A stretch of DNA of 45,317 nt from a virus (taxonomy: Duplodnaviria; Caudoviricetes): positions 1-45,317 of the IMG/VR virus record IMGVR_UViG_3300032332_001377, one strand, 5' to 3'. Of this stretch, positions 1-9,251 are shown piece after piece. The position numbers were made by a program, and so were the translations under genes. The stretch's first letter is position 1. Every line of letters begins with the position of its first letter. The notes under the pieces were generated by a model. That model searched no databases. It saw nothing but the letters and a program-made list of their open reading frames with translations, and was not told the DNA's origin.

Positions 1-130
1 CTGCACCTGGTAGTCCTGCTTCATCTGCACCGACTGCACCTGGTAGTCCTGCTTCATCTGCACCGACTGCACCTGGTAGTCCTGCTTCATCTGCACCGAC
101 TGCACCTGGTAGTCCTGCTTCATCTGCACC
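1..130 (+). repeat. 33-bp coding tandem repeat, ~4 copies (APGSPASSAPT)
   Basis: ctgcacctggtagtcctgcttcatctgcaccga starts at 1, 34, 67 and 100 with no spacers. Confidence 0.95.
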
Positions 131-608
131 TGCTACCGCTCCTCAGGTATCTCCGTACAAACAAGTACAGTCTTTAATTACTAAATTAGATAAAAAAGGC
201 AAGCAAAGAATTCTTGCATCGTTACAGAAAGAATTAGGAGTTACTCCGGCAGCACCTGCTCCGGCAGCACCTGCTCCGGCAGCAGCACCTGCAGCACAGC
301 CGGCACAGGACACTTCAGCAAGGCTGGCACAGATCAAATCAGGTCAAACAGCACAGAATCAGGCCAATTCAGCATTGAGACAACAACAGGTAGCACAGAC
401 TACAGCGGCAAACGCTCAGTCAGCACAAGCAGATACAGCACTGGTTGCCGCAGTTAAGGCCGCTAAAGCCAAACCTGGATTCCAACAGACCGCACAGGAT
501 AAACTGACAATTAAACAGGGTGCAGAAAAAGGTATTCGCGAATCTAAGAAAAAGAAAAAGAAAGCAGTCGCTGAGTTTAAGAGCAACTTTCTAGGAAGAA
601 TGATTTAA
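1..608 (+). CDS. 3' part of an Ala/Pro-rich hypothetical protein (5'-truncated by window edge)
   Basis: Frame 3 is open from the window start through (APGSPASSAPT)n into the 375..608 ORF and ends at TAA 606-608. Confidence 0.75.
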   Translation, partial: APGSPASSAPTAPGSPASSAPTAPGSPASSAPTAPGSPASSAPATAPQVSPYKQVQSLITKLDKKGKQRILASLQKELGVTPAAPAPAAPAPAAAPAAQPAQDTSARLAQIKSGQTAQNQANSALRQQQVAQTTAANAQSAQADTALVAAVKAAKAKPGFQQTAQDKLTIKQGAEKGIRESKKKKKKAVAEFKSNFLGRMI

Positions 609-823
609 AAGAAAGGTAGTTGAGTAGTCTTGGTAGTTTCAAGATTACTCTCTACTATTTTACCAATAAGTTTTCTTTCGTCTACGGTTAACAGGTGGGA
701 TTCGCTATAACTTAATCCACCTCTCATATACCAGCATAATCTTAATAATTCTTCTTTAATGGCTTTTGTACCGTCGTCGTATTCTTTGATAAACTTATCA
801 ATTTCGCCGGAATCACAATACAA
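605..823 (-). CDS. gp51-like baseplate hub/tail assembly protein; probably the C-terminal extension of the upstream gene via -1 frameshift
   Basis: Small ORF (LCWYMRGGLSYSESHLLTVDER) directly after the gp26-like gene. TTG start lacks a well-spaced SD and is in the -1 frame of a slippery heptamer at 841-835. Confidence 0.6.
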   Translation of the reverse strand: MYCDSGEIDKFIKEYDDGTKAIKEELLRLCWYMRGGLSYSESHLLTVDERKLIGKIVESNLETTKTTQLPFF

Positions 824-828
824 AAGCC

Positions 829-1695
829 TTAAACGAAAAAAGTTGAAGGATCAAAAGTTAAAGGTACTTCGATGGTATCGCCGGTAACTCCTTGCTCTCT
901 CATTTCGTCAGTTACTGGTGCAGTTACTGGCTTAATGGTATTTTGATCTTTAAGAGCCTCGAGATGTTTTTGAATTATATTAAACATTTCTTTATCGATA
1001 TTTTCAACAAACTCTCGAATAAATTTAGGATTCTCAACACTGCCATTGAAAGTGTCAATCCTATAAATGCTGTCAGCAATTACACCCACAGTAACACCGG
1101 TAAGTTTCTTAAAACTATCTTTAAAGATTTTAACTTTTTCATCTTCGTCAAGTTTTTCATTGTTAACAGCCTGCAAAATCTTTTGAGTTTCAAAAGTCTG
1201 TAATGCTGTTTTGGTCATCTGACGATAATTTAAAGGTTTAACAAATATTGTTAATTCCTCGCTGATTGGAATAACAGGCGCCCAAGTAATCTGATCAAGT
1301 AATGAATCCATAATGACCCTGATATCTACATGATATTCCATTTCGAGATCATTTCCGATCTTAATAGGAGTTTTCATTACTTCACCATAGGTGGCCAATC
1401 GCATGGCCAACAAAATATAATCAACATCAATGTTTGGCATATTCCATGCATTTTTAATATTTGGCATGCAATTTTCTATAACATCTACCACTGCTTGACC
1501 GTTCATTAATGCATCTGGAATATTGAGTAATAATTCGTCTTTTGCAGTCATTGAATATACTGGATATTCACCGGTATCAGAATGCTGCAGGCTTCCTTCG
1601 GGCCAATATTCTCCATTGCTAGGTAACCTAATATAGATCTTAGGTTGCCGCATAAATGCAGATAATGGATTCATTTGAGTGTCGTTAGATACCAT
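829..1695 (-). CDS. T4 gp26-like baseplate hub subunit / tail assembly chaperone
   Basis: N-terminal PKIYIRLPSNG, MTAKDE and DVDYILLAMRLATYGE motifs typical of gp26-like proteins; ends in FF; GGAGA SD. Confidence 0.65.
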   Translation of the reverse strand: MVSNDTQMNPLSAFMRQPKIYIRLPSNGEYWPEGSLQHSDTGEYPVYSMTAKDELLLNIPDALMNGQAVVDVIENCMPNIKNAWNMPNIDVDYILLAMRLATYGEVMKTPIKIGNDLEMEYHVDIRVIMDSLLDQITWAPVIPISEELTIFVKPLNYRQMTKTALQTFETQKILQAVNNEKLDEDEKVKIFKDSFKKLTGVTVGVIADSIYRIDTFNGSVENPKFIREFVENIDKEMFNIIQKHLEALKDQNTIKPVTAPVTDEMREQGVTGDTIEVPLTFDPSTFFV

Positions 1696-1708
1696 GTTTT
1701 ATCTCCGA

Positions 1709-1714
1709 TAAATA
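1709..1714 (+). promoter_or_regulatory. T4-type late promoter core TAAATA for the tape-measure-like gene
   Basis: GATAAATA in the intergenic region; the motif recurs upstream of most genes in the window. Confidence 0.55.
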
Positions 1715-1736
1715 AACTTATGGACAAGTATTCAAT

Positions 1737-1742
1737 TATTTA
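1737..1742 (-). promoter_or_regulatory. T4-type late promoter core TAAATA for the gp26-like gene
   Basis: GATAAATAA on the minus strand upstream of the GGAGA SD and ATG 1695. Confidence 0.55.
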
Positions 1743-1768
1743 TCTACTAATATAACCCCTATAAAACA

Positions 1769-4174
1769 ATGGCAGACGTCACCGGATCGATTGGATCAGA
1801 ACATGTAGAACTTAATAATGCGGCCACCGAGGCAACGTTAAAGTTACTACTTCAGGCCACTCTGACTGCCAATCGGCAAAGCCTAGCCAGTATTCAACAA
1901 CTGGCACAGAGCAGCGGTCTTAATCCTCAAACAGTACAAGCAGCCAGTCAGGGGCTAGTTGAAACAGGTGAAGCAGGGGAAACTGCTGCGGATCGGTTAA
2001 CCGCATTAAATGCAAGAATTGAAACTACCAAATTGGTATTCACTACACTCGACGAAACATTACGAAAGGCCGTTGCAGGTACCCTACAGAGCAGTGATGT
2101 ATTTGGAGCATTGAGTAAAATACCCGGACCGGCTGGTGTGGTAGCCAACGCCTTTCAACGATTAGCAGAATTTCAAGAAAATAATTTTAAAACTTATCAA
2201 CAACTCAGTACAGTAGGAGCTAATTTTGGCGGCAGTCTAACTGAAATGAGACAGGCTGCTGCCGGAACTTATATGACTCTTGAAGAGTTTGGCGGTATAG
2301 TAAAAAAGAATTCTACAACATTGTCCATGATGGGTGGTGGTGTTAACGAAGGTACAAAAGCATTTGCAAGATTAAGTAATCAATTGCTCAGTGGAGAATC
2401 GGGTAGACATTTAACGGCTCTTGGTTATTCTGCAACTGAGGCCAATCAAGCCATGCTTGATTACATCGGAATGACTGGTGGCAGAACCAGTGCAGAGTTG
2501 AGGAACGCCAATTCAACAAAAGCCATCACTGACGCTAGTACCAGTTACTTAGAACAATTAGATGGATTGTCTAGGATTACCGGTCAAAGTCGAGAACAAC
2601 AGGCGCAAGAACTTGCTGAAGCTAGTAAAAATGCCGCATTCCAAGCCAAACTACAATCAATGAGCGAGGAAGAACGTAAAAAGGCTACAGCAGGAATGGC
2701 CCAAGCACTTGCAGTTGGCGGTAAAGGCGCCGTAGATGCGTTTCAATCTAAACTAATGGGCATCGCACCAGACAAGGCCGGGCAAATGTTTATTGCCACT
2801 GCTAGCAATGCTGCTGCGGTGATAGATAAATCTGCTGCTATGGTAACTGACGGAAGCAAAAATATCAAAGACATGAGCGGTACCGTAAAAGAAGGCATGC
2901 GAGCCGCTCAAAAGGATTTTGCACAATACGGTAAAGAAGGTTCAATGGCCCTAATTCGCGGAGGCGGGCCTGTTGGTGATGCTTTACAACGATTGGGTAT
3001 TAGTGCAAATAAGGCTGCTACAATGACCGATGCGGAAATTGAAGCAGCATTGGAAAGACAAGATCTTAATAAATCCGAAGCAGATGATATGGCTGCGGCA
3101 ACGCAAAATCTCAAAGAATTTGGTGCATCTATTATAGGAATCGTATCTCCTATTGTATCTCTACTTACGCCGGTTTTAAAAATGGTTTCTGGATTATTTG
3201 CCAGTTTAGCCGCTAAAATGAATGAATTTCCAAACGCAATTAAAATAGTTAGTTTGGCCCTAGGAGTACTTGGTGCTGCTGTAGCATCCTATATTGTAAT
3301 ACAAAGAAGACGAGCACTACAGGAAGAAATTAGTGGAAGACTTCCTGGTATTGGTGGAGGAGGTGGCGGACGAGGTGGTAGTGCAGGCGGAGGTGGCGGC
3401 ATACTGCAATCGTTGTCAGGTGCCGGTGCCGGTATAGGCAGTGTGTTAGAAGGATTAGCAAACGGATTAAAGGCCTTTGCCAACCCTGCAATATTATTAG
3501 GTGCAACAATATTTTCAGGATCGTTAGGAATCATAATTGCTGGAGTCGGTGCAGGAATAGCCGCCACTATGTTTTTAATTGGTCAATCACTACCGACCTT
3601 TTCTGAAGGACTAGCATCTTTTTCAAATATCGACGGTGCTAATTTAATTGATGTTAGCAAAGGAATTGGAGCATTAGGATTAGCCTTGGCAGCATTTTCA
3701 GCAGGTAGTGCTGTGGCCACAGTGGGTAATGTGTTTGGCAGTATTGGTAATGGTATTACAAAGTTATTTGGCGGAGATGATGTTGTAACAAAAATTTCAA
3801 AATTGGTGACCGGTCTAACTCCATTACTGCCTGGCTTAACTGGAGTAGGATTTGCAATGAAGGATCTGGGCAAAGGTTTGTTAGATTTTTCAACTGCCAT
3901 AAACACACTGGATATTTCTAAGGCAGAAAAAGTAAGAGAAATTCTCAGCAAACTCAACAGCGAAAAAGCAAATCTTGGTGGATCGGGCACTGCTTCAACC
4001 GGAGGAGCAGCCGCTGTTCCTGTTAAATCGCCTATAGAAATCGTGCAGTCGGAGATGCAAACCTTAAATAAGACTATGCAAGAAATGTTAAAATACGTCA
4101 AAGATACTGCGGATCACACCAGCGGAACCATTCGTGCGGTGAAATCAAGCAGTGGAAATCTTTGGAGTTTTTAA
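1769..4174 (+). CDS. Tape-measure-like protein (gp29-like)
   Basis: 801 aa, Ala/Gly-rich and helical, hydrophobic segments in the C-terminal half, adjacent to the chaperone-like pair. Confidence 0.6.
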   Translation: MADVTGSIGSEHVELNNAATEATLKLLLQATLTANRQSLASIQQLAQSSGLNPQTVQAASQGLVETGEAGETAADRLTALNARIETTKLVFTTLDETLRKAVAGTLQSSDVFGALSKIPGPAGVVANAFQRLAEFQENNFKTYQQLSTVGANFGGSLTEMRQAAAGTYMTLEEFGGIVKKNSTTLSMMGGGVNEGTKAFARLSNQLLSGESGRHLTALGYSATEANQAMLDYIGMTGGRTSAELRNANSTKAITDASTSYLEQLDGLSRITGQSREQQAQELAEASKNAAFQAKLQSMSEEERKKATAGMAQALAVGGKGAVDAFQSKLMGIAPDKAGQMFIATASNAAAVIDKSAAMVTDGSKNIKDMSGTVKEGMRAAQKDFAQYGKEGSMALIRGGGPVGDALQRLGISANKAATMTDAEIEAALERQDLNKSEADDMAAATQNLKEFGASIIGIVSPIVSLLTPVLKMVSGLFASLAAKMNEFPNAIKIVSLALGVLGAAVASYIVIQRRRALQEEISGRLPGIGGGGGGRGGSAGGGGGILQSLSGAGAGIGSVLEGLANGLKAFANPAILLGATIFSGSLGIIIAGVGAGIAATMFLIGQSLPTFSEGLASFSNIDGANLIDVSKGIGALGLALAAFSAGSAVATVGNVFGSIGNGITKLFGGDDVVTKISKLVTGLTPLLPGLTGVGFAMKDLGKGLLDFSTAINTLDISKAEKVREILSKLNSEKANLGGSGTASTGGAAAVPVKSPIEIVQSEMQTLNKTMQEMLKYVKDTADHTSGTIRAVKSSSGNLWSF

Positions 4175-4201
4175 TTAAATATTACAAACCAGGAATATAT
4201 T

Positions 4202-5911
4202 TTGAGTTGGAAAAAGTACTTCACTCCGGTTAAAGCAACATCGGGCAGACTAAGCACCATTAGTGGTTCTAGTAGTGGGCAAGTTAGTCACGCTCATAGA
4301 AATTACAGCAGTTATCTGCCTGATGTTTATTCCGGACATCCTAATCGTCTAGAACGATATGGTCAGTACGATACCATGGATAGTGATAGCGAAGTTAATG
4401 CTGCATTAGATATTTTAGCAGAATTTTGTAGCCAAACCAATGAGGAAAATGGAACACCTTTTAGAGTATTTTTTAAAGATCAGGCCACCAATACAGAAAT
4501 AAAAATTATTAAAAAATATCTACAACAGTGGACCAAACTGAATAAATTTCAACTTAGAATTTTTAAAATTGTTCGTAATGCATTCAAGTATGGAGATGCT
4601 TTCTTTATTAGAGATCCTGAAACTCAATCTTGGTTATTTGTTGATTGTGCAAAAGTAGATAAAGTTATTGTAAATGAAAGTGAAGGTAAAAAACCTGAAC
4701 AATACATTATTCGTGATTTCAATCCCAATCTTGAAACACTAGCAACAACTGCAATTAATCCCAGTAATGTCACCGGCGGTGGCAGTCAGTATGCTAGCAG
4801 TTACAGTTCAGGCCAGGGCGGTGCAGGCGGAAGTCGTGGAATGACTGGAGCATTTCCTAGTAATGTTGTTGGTAATCGTTTTTCAAAAACAGAAAATCAA
4901 TATGCTATTCCTGCTGAACATGTAATACATCTTTCCATGAGTGAGGGATTAGATAATAACTTTCCATTTGGAACCAGTTTATTAGAAAGCATCTTTAAAG
5001 TTTATAAACAGAAAGAACTACTAGAAGATGCAATTATTATCTATCGTATTCAACGTGCGCCAGAACGTCGTGTATTTTATATTGACGTAGGCAACATGCC
5101 AAGTCACATTGCCATGAGTTTTGTTGAGCGTGTAAAAAACGAAGTTAATCAGCGCCGCATACCAAGCATGACCGGCGGTAGTCAAAGTGTTATCGATGCA
5201 GGGTATAATCCGTTGTCAATTAATGAGGACTACTTCTTTCCACAGACTGCGGAAGGTCGCGGTAGTAAAGTTGAAGTATTACCGGGCGGAACCAATCTAG
5301 GAGAAATTGATGACCTTAAGTATTTTACCAATAAGTTGTTTCGTGCTCTACGGATTCCTAGCAGTTACCTCCCTACTGGTCCCGACGATGGAGGAAGTAA
5401 TTTCAATGATGGAAGAGTTGGAACCGCCTACATCCAAGAATTAAGATTTAACAAATACTGTGAAAGATTACAGAGTTTGATGAACGACCAATTTGATACA
5501 GAATTTAAATTATATCTACATAATCGTGGTATCAATATAGATAATAATATTTTTGATATTAAATTTAATCCTCCGCAAAATTTTGCCAGTTATCGTCAAG
5601 CAGAAATGGATACTGCTCGTGTTAACACATTTAACACTATGGTAGCCATTCCATTTGTTAGTAAGAGATTTGCTATGAAGCGTTTCTTAGGAATGACTGC
5701 AGAAGAAGTGGCAGAAAACGAATTAATGTGGCGTGAAGAAAATATCGATGCTGATACTACATTATCTGCTAGTGCAGAATTACGTAGTGTTGGTGTTACG
5801 GCTAATAATCTAAGTTCAGATCTAGGATCTATTGCAGGAGCCACTACACCACCGCCAAGCAAGCCCGGAGAAGAGGATGTTGGCGCCGATGCAGCCACTC
5901 CTCCTGCATAA
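4202..5911 (+). CDS. gp20: Portal vertex protein (T4 gp20 family)
   Basis: LLEDAIIIYRIQRAPERRVFYIDVGNMP, EDYFFP, LPGGTNLGEIDDLKYF and LFRALRIPSS motifs; TTG start with AGGA SD. Confidence 0.95.
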   Translation: MSWKKYFTPVKATSGRLSTISGSSSGQVSHAHRNYSSYLPDVYSGHPNRLERYGQYDTMDSDSEVNAALDILAEFCSQTNEENGTPFRVFFKDQATNTEIKIIKKYLQQWTKLNKFQLRIFKIVRNAFKYGDAFFIRDPETQSWLFVDCAKVDKVIVNESEGKKPEQYIIRDFNPNLETLATTAINPSNVTGGGSQYASSYSSGQGGAGGSRGMTGAFPSNVVGNRFSKTENQYAIPAEHVIHLSMSEGLDNNFPFGTSLLESIFKVYKQKELLEDAIIIYRIQRAPERRVFYIDVGNMPSHIAMSFVERVKNEVNQRRIPSMTGGSQSVIDAGYNPLSINEDYFFPQTAEGRGSKVEVLPGGTNLGEIDDLKYFTNKLFRALRIPSSYLPTGPDDGGSNFNDGRVGTAYIQELRFNKYCERLQSLMNDQFDTEFKLYLHNRGINIDNNIFDIKFNPPQNFASYRQAEMDTARVNTFNTMVAIPFVSKRFAMKRFLGMTAEEVAENELMWREENIDADTTLSASAELRSVGVTANNLSSDLGSIAGATTPPPSKPGEEDVGADAATPPA

Positions 5912-5919
5912 ATATCAAC

Positions 5920-6159
5920 ATGCTGCTAACAGAATTTATATACTTTGACAATAAACAAATCGAGATGTATGACGACTCTCGGTATAACAGCAAAAACGAT
6001 ACCAGCGTTTTAAATCCCGGTGATCTCAGGAAAACACGGTTAACTTTACGAATGTTAAATGATCTTCGCAAAGCCGGGGATGCAAGAGAGAAGGAAAAAA
6101 AAGAAGAATTAGGATTGGTTAGAAAGATGTATGCGGCTCCTCCAGAACCGGCAGCATAA
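5920..6159 (+). CDS. Small hypothetical head-module protein
   Basis: 79-aa ORF after the portal gene, preceded by TAAATA-N5-ATG. Confidence 0.75.
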   Translation: MLLTEFIYFDNKQIEMYDDSRYNSKNDTSVLNPGDLRKTRLTLRMLNDLRKAGDAREKEKKEELGLVRKMYAAPPEPAA

Positions 6160-6342
6160 TCTTATAAGTTAATTCTCAACTCTCTGATATTAAATAATAT
6201 GGTAGAATAATTCAGTCTACTCAATTGAAATTCTCTCAATTTTGCCAAAAATGTTAAATTTTGGCCTATTTCACGCAGTGTTTCTGAACATCTCTTAAAT
6301 AAGAATACAGCCTTGCCGCTACCCTATAGGAGATAACCTGCG

Positions 6343-7485
6343 ATGTCAACAAAGTTTGAACAATTATTAGACTACATTGTCAATGAAGAAATGGATAAAG
6401 CCAATGAACTTTTCCATGAAATCGTTGTAGAAAAGTCGAGAACAATTTACGAGAACCTCATTGCTGATGAGGATGAAGTGGAAGAGGGTCATGAAATGTC
6501 TCACGGTAATGATTTAGAATCAATTATTGCCGAATTTCCTGAAGGAATCGAAAGATTTAAACAGGGCGGAGACATGGGAGATGATTTATACTATGCGTTG
6601 TACGATTACTACTTTGAAGAAATGCCGTATGGTGTTGCCAAAGGACGCAGTGGTGATCCAAAGGAATGGATTTCGGATAGACTAGATCAAGATCTAAACG
6701 ACATGGAAGCCCATGATACCGACGAATTTGGCGAGTCAGAATTAGAAGATTCCTACACCATGGACGAAGGTGACGAGGAAATGGGTCCTCCTGAAGAGAC
6801 CGATGATCTTGCATTTGACATCGATGCCACAGGCGAAGAAGAGCCTGATGCAGATGCCAGTCCTGAAGAAAAAGTTAGATTCAGCATTCAGCAAGCCATG
6901 GACGAACTACGTGCTGCCTTTGATGCGTCAAATGAGTTAGGTGGAGAGACCGACGGTGATTTTGGTGACGAAGAATTTGGTGACGAAGAAGTAGACGACG
7001 AAGAACTTGAAATGGGCGTGTTTGAAGGTCGTCGTTTGCGTGAGTACACTGAGAAGGTCGGTAACGATTGGGAAGGTAATCATCAAAAGACAGATGGTCA
7101 AAATGCAGGTGCTGGGTCTGGTGCTACAGAAAGCAAACCAGTTGCAGGCCACAGTCCTATCAACCGTAAGGCTGATAGCGAAAAGCCTACCAGCACAGCC
7201 AATGCTAAAAACATTGGTCAAAGCCATCACGAAGGACAGAAAGATACTGGAACAACACCCAACAAGGTCAACAAAGGTATTACCCCAGAAAAGGGTGATA
7301 AATTTGCCAAAGGCAATGGAAATGTTCCTGGTGGAAAAATGGGTGTTAAGAATTTAAAACAAGTCGGCGAATACGGTAAAGGCGAACAGGTCAAGCCCAC
7401 AGGCTTAAATGTCGGTGCTCGTACTGGCCAAAATGACAACCAAGGTGAAACCAACACTCGGGCTGTTGTAGATCGTAAGTTTTAA
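6343..7485 (+). CDS. Acidic prohead core-like protein
   Basis: Very acidic N-half and basic Gly/Lys C-half; lies between portal and protease like T4 gp67/gp68; AGGAG SD. Confidence 0.6.
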   Translation: MSTKFEQLLDYIVNEEMDKANELFHEIVVEKSRTIYENLIADEDEVEEGHEMSHGNDLESIIAEFPEGIERFKQGGDMGDDLYYALYDYYFEEMPYGVAKGRSGDPKEWISDRLDQDLNDMEAHDTDEFGESELEDSYTMDEGDEEMGPPEETDDLAFDIDATGEEEPDADASPEEKVRFSIQQAMDELRAAFDASNELGGETDGDFGDEEFGDEEVDDEELEMGVFEGRRLREYTEKVGNDWEGNHQKTDGQNAGAGSGATESKPVAGHSPINRKADSEKPTSTANAKNIGQSHHEGQKDTGTTPNKVNKGITPEKGDKFAKGNGNVPGGKMGVKNLKQVGEYGKGEQVKPTGLNVGARTGQNDNQGETNTRAVVDRKF

Positions 7486-7498
7486 TTAGAGACCTAGG

Positions 7499-8128
7499 AT
7501 GAAACTTAGTTACCTACGTGAGCATTTGAGTTTTGATCAGTCCGGCATCGTAATGGAGTCGGACGACAAGGATGGCAAGAGCCTTTATCTAAAAGGCATT
7601 GCCATCCAAGGTGGAATTCGCAATGCAAATCAAAGAGTCTACCCTGTAGATGAAATTGAACATGCCGTAAAAACCTTGAATGATCAAATTCAAAGTGGTT
7701 ACAGCGTACTAGGTGAAGTTGATCATCCTGATGATTTAAAAGTAAATTTGGACCGTGTATCCCATATGATCACTCAGATGTGGATGGAAGGTCCTAATGG
7801 TTATGGAAAGATGAAAATCCTTCCTACCCCGATGGGCAATCTAATTCGTACCATGCTCGAAAGCGGTGTGAAACTTGGTGTCAGTTCGCGCGGCAGCGGA
7901 AACGTTGACGACTCGAGTGGCAAAGTATCCGATTTTGAAATTATTACTGTAGATGTGGTTGCTCAACCCAGTGCTCCTGGTGCATATCCTACTCCGGTTT
8001 ACGAACATTTAATGAATGCTCGTGGCGGAAATAGAGCGTTCCGTGTAGCACAAGAAGTAAAAGAAGATCCAAAGGCCCAGAAATATTTGAAGGAATCCCT
8101 CCTTCAGATTATTAAAGGTCTAAAATAA
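7499..8128 (+). CDS. gp21: Prohead protease (T4 gp21 family)
   Basis: NANQRVYP, GEVDHP, GVSSRGSG and DVVAQPSAPGA catalytic motifs. Confidence 0.95.
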   Translation: MKLSYLREHLSFDQSGIVMESDDKDGKSLYLKGIAIQGGIRNANQRVYPVDEIEHAVKTLNDQIQSGYSVLGEVDHPDDLKVNLDRVSHMITQMWMEGPNGYGKMKILPTPMGNLIRTMLESGVKLGVSSRGSGNVDDSSGKVSDFEIITVDVVAQPSAPGAYPTPVYEHLMNARGGNRAFRVAQEVKEDPKAQKYLKESLLQIIKGLK

Positions 8129-8146
8129 GCCCGAGGAGAAACACAT

Positions 8147-9232
8147 ATGTTGGACGCATTCAAGCAGTTAGTTGAAAGTGGAGTAATGTCAGAGGACACC
8201 CGTTCTGTGATTGAGACTGCCTTTGCTACTAAAATTCAAGAGAATCGCGACCAAGTCACAGCCGAACTTCGTGAAGAATTTGCACAGAAGTACACCCATG
8301 ACAAACAACTCATGGTTGAAGCAATTGATAAAATGCTCGGTGATAGATTGGCCGCAGAAATGGCCGAATTGCATGCTGATAAAAAGGCCTTAGCCGAGGC
8401 TAAGGTTGCTTATCAGCAGCGTATAACAAGTGATTCTAAGAAATTAGAAGGATTTGTTATCAAGCAATTAGGCAAGGAACTGGTAGAGTTTCAAGGAGAT
8501 CGTCGTAAGGTTTCTGAGAACTTCACTAAACTAGAGCAATTTGTTGTACATGCTCTAGCAAAAGAAATCAACGAATTCGCCATTGACAAACGTAATCTAG
8601 CAGAGACCAAGGTCAAACTAGTTCGCGATGCCAAGGCTAAATTTGAAGATATTAAGCAAAACTTTATTAAACAAAGTGCAGAACTTGTTGAAACAGTAGT
8701 TACTAAAAAATTGAATTCTGAAATTTCACAATTGAAGGAAGATATTGACAGTGCTCGCAACAACGGTTTTGGACGCAAAATTTATGAAGCATTTGCACAA
8801 GAGTTTGCCGGTTCGTATCTTAATGAAAAATCCGAGACAAGTAAATTGTTGAAGATTATCAACAAAAAAGATTTTGAACTTGCAGAAGCAGAAAAGGCAC
8901 TGGCTGAAAAAACTACAATCGTTGAGTCTAAAGAACGCGAAATTCGTGTAACCAAAGACCTAATGGAGCGTAAGCAGGTCATGGCTGAATTGCTAGCGCC
9001 TTTAAATGCTAGTAAAAGGGAGCTAATGCAACAACTTCTAGAGTCCGTACAGACTCGGAAACTTGCAGAGGCATATGATAAATACCTACCAACAGTAATG
9101 GAAGGCGAGAAGAAAAAAGTAGAGAAATCTACTTTAACAGAAAGCACCGAAGTGACTGGTAATCGAGAAGTAAAGCCCGAGGTAGGCTTAGACAATATTA
9201 TAGATATCCGCAAATTAGCGGGTCTAAAATAA
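8147..9232 (+). CDS. gp22: Prohead scaffolding protein (T4 gp22-like)
   Basis: Charged coiled-coil protein between protease and capsid genes; GAGGAG SD. Confidence 0.8.
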   Translation: MLDAFKQLVESGVMSEDTRSVIETAFATKIQENRDQVTAELREEFAQKYTHDKQLMVEAIDKMLGDRLAAEMAELHADKKALAEAKVAYQQRITSDSKKLEGFVIKQLGKELVEFQGDRRKVSENFTKLEQFVVHALAKEINEFAIDKRNLAETKVKLVRDAKAKFEDIKQNFIKQSAELVETVVTKKLNSEISQLKEDIDSARNNGFGRKIYEAFAQEFAGSYLNEKSETSKLLKIINKKDFELAEAEKALAEKTTIVESKEREIRVTKDLMERKQVMAELLAPLNASKRELMQQLLESVQTRKLAEAYDKYLPTVMEGEKKKVEKSTLTESTEVTGNREVKPEVGLDNIIDIRKLAGLK

Positions 9233-9251
9233 AACATTCAAGGAGACATAA

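Noticed and set aside
1-130. 33-bp repeats as a CRISPR array
   Set aside because: Head-to-tail with no spacers, length a multiple of 3, and inside an open frame.
6160-6295. Intergenic region with hairpin GCCAAAA/TTTTGGC and an extra TAAATA at 6191 as an ncRNA
   Set aside because: Single weak AT-rich hairpin and only a 3-codon ORF; not enough evidence.
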